A stretch of 64,000 nucleotides of DNA, taken from positions 103,863 through 167,862 of the forward strand of contig JAYKJE010000010.1 of assembly GCA_035285805.1 (NCBI GenBank). The letters run 5' to 3'. The notes beneath the pieces were generated by a model. That model was not told the origin of the DNA. It did no database searches and saw only the letters and a list, made by a program, of their open reading frames with translations. Below are positions 57,950-64,000 of this stretch, piece by piece. Both the position numbers and the translations under genes were made by a program. Origin of the DNA: a bacterium. Its GTDB lineage: Bacteria > Cyanobacteriota > Sericytochromatia > S15B-MN24 > UBA4093. Within the stretch, counting starts at the first letter, position 1, and the number at the start of each line of letters is the position of its first letter.

Positions 57950-59484
57950 AGCAAGCGAGATTCCTCCTGCCAAGGAATCGCCCACGAGAGGAGCGTCTCC
58001 AGGTCGCACCCCATCTCGTCCGGTGGGGCGGTGCGCGTGCGGGCAAGGGCCGCGGGGATGCCGTTGGCGATCTCCCGGGCCAGGAGTCCGCGATCGGAGG
58101 CGAGCCAGCCCACCAGCCCGTGCAGGGCAACTCCCTGCTCCGCCGCCTCGTGGCACGTTTGTCCCGCGGCCAGACCGGCTGCCACGATCCCGGCCAGCAC
58201 GTCCCCGGACCCGGCCGTGGCGAGAGACGGAGCCCCTACCACGTTCACGCCGGTCGCCAAGCCCTCCGTGCCGATCAGCGTGTGCGTCCCCTTGAGCACG
58301 ATGGTGCCGCCCAGGCGCGATTTCAATTTCTCGAGAGCTACGAAGCGATCCTGCTGGATCTCCGCGGTCGTCGTATCGAGTACCCGGGCGGCCTCGCCCG
58401 GATGAGGGGTCCACACGGTTGCTGCTTCGACCGCCTCGATCGACGCGATGGCCCCCCCGTCCACCACCCGGGGTGCTCCGGGACGTGCGATGAGCGATTG
58501 CCACGAAGCCTCCCGACCCGAACCGGCGACGGTACCGGGGCCGAGAACCAGGGCATCCGCTCGCGACCACCAATCTGCCAGATCGGAACCGGGGTTCGCC
58601 TGCAGAGAGTCCAGCGGCAGCACGATCGCCTCCGGGACCATCCCGGCCACGCAGTCCCGGATCGCCCGGGGCACGGCGATCGCCACCAGTCCCGCTCCGG
58701 CCCGCAGGGCAGCGAGGCCCGCGAGAGCCGGCGCCCCCGCCATCGCAGGCGAACCTCCGACGACCAGGACGGTTCCCGCAGTCCCCTTGTGCAGCCAGGA
58801 GGGCCTCGCCAGGGGGGAGGCCGGTCGGATCAAGCGAGGCTGGAGGATGCCGGGCGCAAGGCGTTCCAGCCCCAGGTCGATGCGCCCCACCCGGCCGAGG
58901 TAGGGCAGGGCGAGATCCGAGACGTGCCCTCGCTTGTACACCCCGGTCGCGAGCGTGTGCGTGGCCCGGACGGTGGTCGGTGACGGGACGCCCGTGTCGA
59001 GATCCAGCCCCGAGGGCGCATCGAGGCTCAGGACCGGTCCGCTCGCTGCAGCCTGCAGGGCCTCGATCCACGCGACGGTCTCCGGTCGGAGTTCCCCGTG
59101 GAAGCCGGTTCCCAGCAGACCATCGACGAGGGCGGCGCCCGGTTCCGGCACCCAGGCCGCGGGCGAGGCCACCCGTCGAGCACCCGCCGTGAGGGCCCAG
59201 CGGAGCTGGCGCGCCGCCAGGGAGGCCGGGGCAGGCTCCAGAGCCGCGATCTCGGTATCGATTCCGGAGACCGCCACGAGTCGGGCGATCGCCAGCGCAT
59301 CGGCGCCGTTGTGGCCGCGACCCGCCACGATCCGGACCTTCCTGACCCGGAGCCCGCGCAGCCAGCGGGCAGCCGTCACGGCAACGCGCTCCATCAGCAG
59401 TTCCGGGGGCAAGCCCGCTTCGAACCAGGCAGCCTCGGCTGCCCGTGTCTCGGCCGTCGTGGCGACCACGCGGGACGGGCCCAT
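57946..59484 (-). CDS. nnr: Bifunctional NAD(P)H-hydrate epimerase/dehydratase
   Basis: LMER, GRGHNGAD, VDGLLGTG, DAPSG; HKG..G.VLVVGGS, TPHPGE, LATAGSGDVLAG. Confidence 0.92.
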   Translation of the reverse strand: MGPSRVVATTAETRAAEAAWFEAGLPPELLMERVAVTAARWLRGLRVRKVRIVAGRGHNGADALAIARLVAVSGIDTEIAALEPAPASLAARQLRWALTAGARRVASPAAWVPEPGAALVDGLLGTGFHGELRPETVAWIEALQAAASGPVLSLDAPSGLDLDTGVPSPTTVRATHTLATGVYKRGHVSDLALPYLGRVGRIDLGLERLAPGILQPRLIRPASPLARPSWLHKGTAGTVLVVGGSPAMAGAPALAGLAALRAGAGLVAIAVPRAIRDCVAGMVPEAIVLPLDSLQANPGSDLADWWSRADALVLGPGTVAGSGREASWQSLIARPGAPRVVDGGAIASIEAVEAATVWTPHPGEAARVLDTTTAEIQQDRFVALEKLKSRLGGTIVLKGTHTLIGTEGLATGVNVVGAPSLATAGSGDVLAGIVAAGLAAGQTCHEAAEQGVALHGLVGWLASDRGLLAREIANGIPAALARTRTAPPDEMGCDLETLLSWAIPWQEESRLL

Positions 59485-59987
59485 CACCCACCTCCCGAGA
59501 TCGTGGCGGGATGGCGGCTGCCGAAGGTGCGCCGTTCCAGATGGATGCCCAGGGCGATCGCCAGCCACCCGATCAGGCTCACGGGAAGGAGCACATGCCA
59601 GAGGAGGTCCCAGCCGCGGTGGCCCGTCACCTCGAGGAACAGCCAGGCCAGGCCCTTCTGCTCGCAGGCGAGCCCCAGCGCCAGCCACGCACCGACGGTC
59701 TCGCGGCTCCAGAGCCGCTCCACCTCGGGGTTGCCGAGGCCCGAGGACCGGAACCGATGGTTGCGTCGCACGCAGCGCCACAGGGCGGCTGCCAGCAAGA
59801 CGACCCCCGGAAGCCCGAGTGGCCAGTACAGCAACCCGACGGGCACCAGTTGCAGCCAGAGAGCCACCGCGAAAAGGCCCACCTGGTCGCTGCGCAGGCG
59901 CAGGATCCAGATCAGCAGTCCCACGCAGGGGATCGTGCAGGCGAGGTATCCGAAAACGACGGCGATCGCATCCATACGATCGGACAT
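59484..59987 (-). CDS. Hypothetical membrane protein
   Basis: Several hydrophobic segments; stop abuts the nnr start. Confidence 0.5.
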   Translation of the reverse strand: MSDRMDAIAVVFGYLACTIPCVGLLIWILRLRSDQVGLFAVALWLQLVPVGLLYWPLGLPGVVLLAAALWRCVRRNHRFRSSGLGNPEVERLWSRETVGAWLALGLACEQKGLAWLFLEVTGHRGWDLLWHVLLPVSLIGWLAIALGIHLERRTFGSRHPATISGGG

Positions 59988-60098
59988 GATAACCCCTCGC
60001 CCGTTCGCTGGGACCGGATTTGCCCCCGTGCGTGCGGCCCGCTACCCTGAGATGCCCCCTCGTTGCCTTTACCGGTCTCCGGACAGGAATCCGAATCC

Positions 60099-61460
60099 AT
60101 GGCTCGACCCGTGTCGCCCTTCCGTCTCCTGTCGGTAGCCTGCCTGCTGCTGGCCTCATGTTCCGGCCGAGCAGCCGTCCGGCAGGAGCCTCCGACTCCC
60201 GTCGCGTCCGTCGTGCCGGCGCGCGTCCTGCCGCTTCCGGGAGGCCTCGACGACCGGTGGATGTTGCAGTCCAACACCCCCGAGATGATCGAGGCCTCCG
60301 GTCTCGTACTCGCGACCTGGAAGGGCCGGGGCGAGACGGCTCTCGCGTGTCTCGAGCATCCCCTCACGGGCTCCATCCGCTTCTTCAGCCACCACGTGTT
60401 CTCGGACGAGACCCATCGCCCGGGGGCACGTCGCCTGGAACTGGCCTGGGTCGCGCGTGCGGCAAGCTCCTCGTCCGTCCGGCTCCAGCTGACGTCCGGG
60501 GCCTCGTATCTCAGCCAGCCGGAGGCGCCCTTCGTGAGCCTCCCCGCGCTCGTCACCGAAGGGGCGGCGCAGGTTCACTCGGGACCGGGCGATCGCGTGG
60601 CGCGCGACCTGCTCCTCGGCCACGGGAACCTCGCTCCGGCATCCTGGGTGCTGGATCCCGGCGGAGCGTTGATGCTCCTCGCCACGCGCTCCGTGCCCAC
60701 CGACGTCCCCATCTTGCCGGCACGCAACGGGCGGACGACCTCGCTCGACCTCCGGTCCGACGGCCCCGTGAATCTGGCCGAGGTGGCGTGGGTAGGGGAT
60801 GCGAGCGCTCCGTGTCCGGACGTCGCCACCTGGAGGAAGCTGGCCTTGGAAGGTCCCGTGGCCCTGCCCCGGGAGGTACCCGCGACCCCCGAAGAGGGAC
60901 TTCCAGGCGTCGGCTTCCGTTACGGACGCGTGGGAGGAGTCGCACGCGGACAGACCTGGCAGGCCAACCTCCCCGTTTACGAGGGGCAAGAGCGTCTGGC
61001 TTTTCCGATCGCCTCGGTCTGGCGCCAGCGCTTCGGCACCTCCGAGGTCCAGAGTGCCGAACTCGTGGCCCGGCTTCCGGGCTCGGCCTACCGGTCCCAC
61101 GGCAATTACCAGGTCGAGTATGACCTCCGGATCCCGGTCTCGAACCCTGCACGTGCGCCCCGTACCTACCGTGTCAGCTTGCTTCGACCCCTCGAGTTCC
61201 GCAACGGGGGGCTGGTCTTCCAGGATCCCCCGCACCGCATGGTGTTCTTCCGGGGCACGGTGGCCTGGGAGGTGTCGGATGCCTCGGGGCCCAGGTCCGG
61301 CCTGGTGCATCTCCAGCTCCGGGGCGGAGAGCACGTGCCCCCCTTCCTGGAGGTTCCCGTGGCGCCCGGCTCCACGGCCAGTGTCCGGGTACGGATGGTC
61401 ATGCCTGCGGATGCGACACCTCCCCAGGCGCTCGTCCTGGAGACCGATGGCCACGGTTGA
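60099..61460 (+). CDS. DUF3370-like lipoprotein
   Basis: Lipobox LASC; PLPGGLD...SNTPE, ASYLSQPEAPF, SGPGDR, AYRSHGNY, DATPPQAL recalled as the DUF3370 pattern. Confidence 0.75.
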   Translation: MARPVSPFRLLSVACLLLASCSGRAAVRQEPPTPVASVVPARVLPLPGGLDDRWMLQSNTPEMIEASGLVLATWKGRGETALACLEHPLTGSIRFFSHHVFSDETHRPGARRLELAWVARAASSSSVRLQLTSGASYLSQPEAPFVSLPALVTEGAAQVHSGPGDRVARDLLLGHGNLAPASWVLDPGGALMLLATRSVPTDVPILPARNGRTTSLDLRSDGPVNLAEVAWVGDASAPCPDVATWRKLALEGPVALPREVPATPEEGLPGVGFRYGRVGGVARGQTWQANLPVYEGQERLAFPIASVWRQRFGTSEVQSAELVARLPGSAYRSHGNYQVEYDLRIPVSNPARAPRTYRVSLLRPLEFRNGGLVFQDPPHRMVFFRGTVAWEVSDASGPRSGLVHLQLRGGEHVPPFLEVPVAPGSTASVRVRMVMPADATPPQALVLETDGHG

Positions 61461-61519
61461 CAAGCTGTCAGGTGAGGCTACCGGTGGTATAACGTCTGCA
61501 CGTCACGGGAGGGCCAGCC

Positions 61520-63475
61520 ATGTCCAGCGTCACCGATATCACGAGCTTGCTGCAGGAATCGCGTCGGTTCGAGCCCGACCCGCTGTTCCGGGCCTCGGCC
61601 CACCTCTCGGACCTCGCGGCCTACCGCGAGATGGTCGAGCGCGCTCGCGAGAATCCCGAGGCGTACTGGGCCGATCATGCGGCCCGCGAAATCCAGTGGA
61701 TGCAGCCCTGGGAGCAGGTGCTCGACTGGCAGGCCCCCCATGCGCGGTGGTTCGTCGGGGGGAGACTGAACGTCAGTTCCAACTGTCTCGATCGGCATCT
61801 CGAGGGCCCCAGGCGTCACAAGGCTGCGCTCGTCTGGGAAGGTGAACCCGGGGACCAGCGCACCCTGACTTACCAGCAACTGCATCGGGAAGTCTGCCGG
61901 TTTGCCGGTGCCCTGCTCGGTCTCGGCGTCCAGCTTGGCGATCGGGTGGCCATTTACATGCCCATGATCCCGGAGGCCGTCGTGGCGATGCTGGCCTGCG
62001 CGCGCATCGGGGCCATCCATTCGGTCGTGTTCGGTGGCTTCTCGTCCGAGTCACTGAAAGATCGCCTCCTCGACGCGGGGGCCAAGGTCGTGGTCACGGC
62101 CGACGGGGGGTACCGGCGGGGAAGCGTGTTCCCCCTCAAGCCGCAGGTCGATCAGGCGGTGGCGTCGGCCCCGTGCGTGGAAAACGTGGTGGTCGTCCGT
62201 CGAGGCGGCCATGACGTCGAGATGACGCCTGGCCGGGACCACTGGTATCACGACCTGACGGCGGCCTCGCGCGAGGACGTCCAGCCCGTGGCCGTGGACA
62301 GCGAGCATCCGCTGTTCATCCTGTACACCTCCGGCACGACGGGCAAGCCCAAGGGCATCGTGCACACATCGGCCGGTTACCTCCTCGGCGCCACGCTCAC
62401 GTCGCGCTGGGTGTTCGACCTGCACGACACCGACCTGTACTGGTGCACGGCCGACATCGGCTGGATCACGGGCCACTCGTACGTCGTCTACGGTCCGCTC
62501 AGCAACGGGGCAACCATCTTCATGTACGAGGGGGCACCTGCGACCCCCGCGCCGGACCGGTTCTGGGACATGATCGATCGCCACGGCATCTCGATCCTGT
62601 ACACGGCCCCGACCGCCATCCGTTCTTTCATCCGCTCGGGCGACGCATGGCCACTCCGGCATCCGATGTCCCGGCTGCGCGTCCTCGGCACGGTCGGTGA
62701 GCCCATCAATCCCGAGGCCTGGATGTGGTATCGCTCGGTCATCGGGCGGGACCGCTGCCCCATCGTGGACACGTGGTGGCAGACGGAGACCGGATCCATC
62801 ATGGTCGCGCCGCTACCGGGCCTGACCACGACCAAGCCTGGCACCGCCACGCTCCCGTTGCCTGGCATCGACGTCGAGGTCGTCGACCGGGACGGGCGCC
62901 CCGTCGAGGCGGGGCAGGGGGGCCTGCTGGTGATCCGGAAGCCCTGGCCGTCCATGCTCCGGGGCATCTGGGGCGACCCCGAGCGCTACACCAAGACCTA
63001 CTGGAGCGAGATCCCGGGCGTCTACTTCACCGGGGACGGGGCGCGACGGGATGAAGACGGTTATTTCTGGATCATGGGACGGGTCGACGACGTCATCAAC
63101 GTCTCGGGGCACCGGCTGGGCACCATGGAGATCGAGAGCGCGCTCGTGAGTCATCCGGCCGTCGCCGAGGCGGCCGTCGTCGGTCGCCCTGACGAACTCA
63201 AGGGGACGGCCGTTTGCGCGTTCGTCACGGTGCAGGCCGGTGTGGCGGTCGACGATATGCTCCGGACGGAACTTCGCGCCCACGTGGTCAAGGAAATCGG
63301 GGCGCTGGCGCGCCCCGAGGACATCCGGTTCACCGAATCGCTGCCCAAGACGCGATCCGGCAAGATCATGCGACGCCTGCTGCGGGATATCGCAGCCGGG
63401 CGGGAGGCAGCCGGTGACACTTCGACTCTCGAGGATTACTCGGTGCTGGCCCGCCTGCGCGTCGATCAGGACTGA
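61520..63475 (+). CDS. acs: Acetyl-CoA synthetase
   Basis: [40 protein letters not shown]. Confidence 0.97.
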   Translation: MSSVTDITSLLQESRRFEPDPLFRASAHLSDLAAYREMVERARENPEAYWADHAAREIQWMQPWEQVLDWQAPHARWFVGGRLNVSSNCLDRHLEGPRRHKAALVWEGEPGDQRTLTYQQLHREVCRFAGALLGLGVQLGDRVAIYMPMIPEAVVAMLACARIGAIHSVVFGGFSSESLKDRLLDAGAKVVVTADGGYRRGSVFPLKPQVDQAVASAPCVENVVVVRRGGHDVEMTPGRDHWYHDLTAASREDVQPVAVDSEHPLFILYTSGTTGKPKGIVHTSAGYLLGATLTSRWVFDLHDTDLYWCTADIGWITGHSYVVYGPLSNGATIFMYEGAPATPAPDRFWDMIDRHGISILYTAPTAIRSFIRSGDAWPLRHPMSRLRVLGTVGEPINPEAWMWYRSVIGRDRCPIVDTWWQTETGSIMVAPLPGLTTTKPGTATLPLPGIDVEVVDRDGRPVEAGQGGLLVIRKPWPSMLRGIWGDPERYTKTYWSEIPGVYFTGDGARRDEDGYFWIMGRVDDVINVSGHRLGTMEIESALVSHPAVAEAAVVGRPDELKGTAVCAFVTVQAGVAVDDMLRTELRAHVVKEIGALARPEDIRFTESLPKTRSGKIMRRLLRDIAAGREAAGDTSTLEDYSVLARLRVDQD

Positions 63476-64000
63476 GACCGGGCCTGCTCCCAGTCCGCCA
63501 GGAAGCGGGCGATGCCCGTGTCCGTGAGCGGATGGTGGTACATCATCTTGAGGACCTTGATGGGCATCGTCGCGACGTCCGCACCGGCCAGCGCGGCCTG
63601 GGTCACGTGCAGCGGATGGCGGATGGATGCGGCCAGAATGTCGGTCTCGAAGCCGTAGTTGTCATAGATCGTGCGGATGTCCTGGATGAGGGCCATCCCG
63701 TCGTGCCCCTCGTCGTCCAGACGACCCACGAATGGCGAGATGTAGGTGGCGCCGGCCCGGGCGGCAAGCAGGGCCTGGTTGGCGGAAAAGGCGAGCGTCA
63801 CGTTGGTCCGGATGCCTTCCCGGGCAAGCGCCTTGACGGCCTGGAGGCCCGCGATCGTCAGCGGGAGCTTGACGACCACCTGCTCATGCCAGGAGGCCAG
63901 TTCACGCCCCTCGGCGATCATCTTTTCCGCGTCGAGGGACAGGGCTTCTGCGCTGATCGGTCCGTCCACGATCTGCGCGATCTCGAGGATCACCTGACGA
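63466..64000 (-). CDS. fsa: Transaldolase/fructose-6-phosphate aldolase (MipB/TalC type), 5' end truncated by window
   Basis: GPISAE, VVVKLP (Schiff-base Lys), [27 protein letters not shown]. Confidence 0.92.
   Translation of the reverse strand, partial: RQVILEIAQIVDGPISAEALSLDAEKMIAEGRELASWHEQVVVKLPLTIAGLQAVKALAREGIRTNVTLAFSANQALLAARAGATYISPFVGRLDDEGHDGMALIQDIRTIYDNYGFETDILAASIRHPLHVTQAALAGADVATMPIKVLKMMYHHPLTDTGIARFLADWEQARSQS

Noticed and set aside
57950-59491. Apparent fusion or extension of the second S8 peptidase (836-aa ORF)
   Set aside because: It is an alternative frame of nnr; the S8 sequence begins at about 57949

Overview
GC-rich bacterial chromosomal window, densely coding, with about 57 supportable CDSs. 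I saw no rRNA, tRNA, CRISPR array or mobile element. Housekeeping genes: tmk 3' end, trmB, nadA, arginase, rpmB/rpmG, valS, rnhA, tig-clpP-clpX-lon, surE, nnr, acs and a partial fsa/transaldolase. Accessory loci: (i) four short flagellin paralogs split by an inverted rnhA, each with a CsrA-type ANGGA hairpin in its leader, one with an unannotated upstream ORF and one with a sigma-28-like promoter; (ii) a peptide-ligase cluster (circularly permuted ATP-grasp, YbdK/GCS2 ligase, M29 aminopeptidase, esterase, second ATP-grasp, with a nearby C26 gamma-glutamyl hydrolase and an S8 protease); (iii) a candidate peptide-signal/RiPP-like locus (S8 protease, 72-aa leader-like peptide, MfnF/hydantoinase-A-like enzyme, PDZ-membrane-PP2C sensor, DxDD cyclase/prenyltransferase-like protein, STAS); (iv) a TPR + beta-barrel + TonB module; (v) an orphan DNA methyltransferase coupled to a RacA-like MerR protein. 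Cyanobacteria-like genes (DUF3370-like, ABC1 kinase) occurring together with flagellins suggest a non-photosynthetic relative of Cyanobacteria such as Sericytochromatia (inference only). All family calls come from motif recognition by eye, not from database searches.
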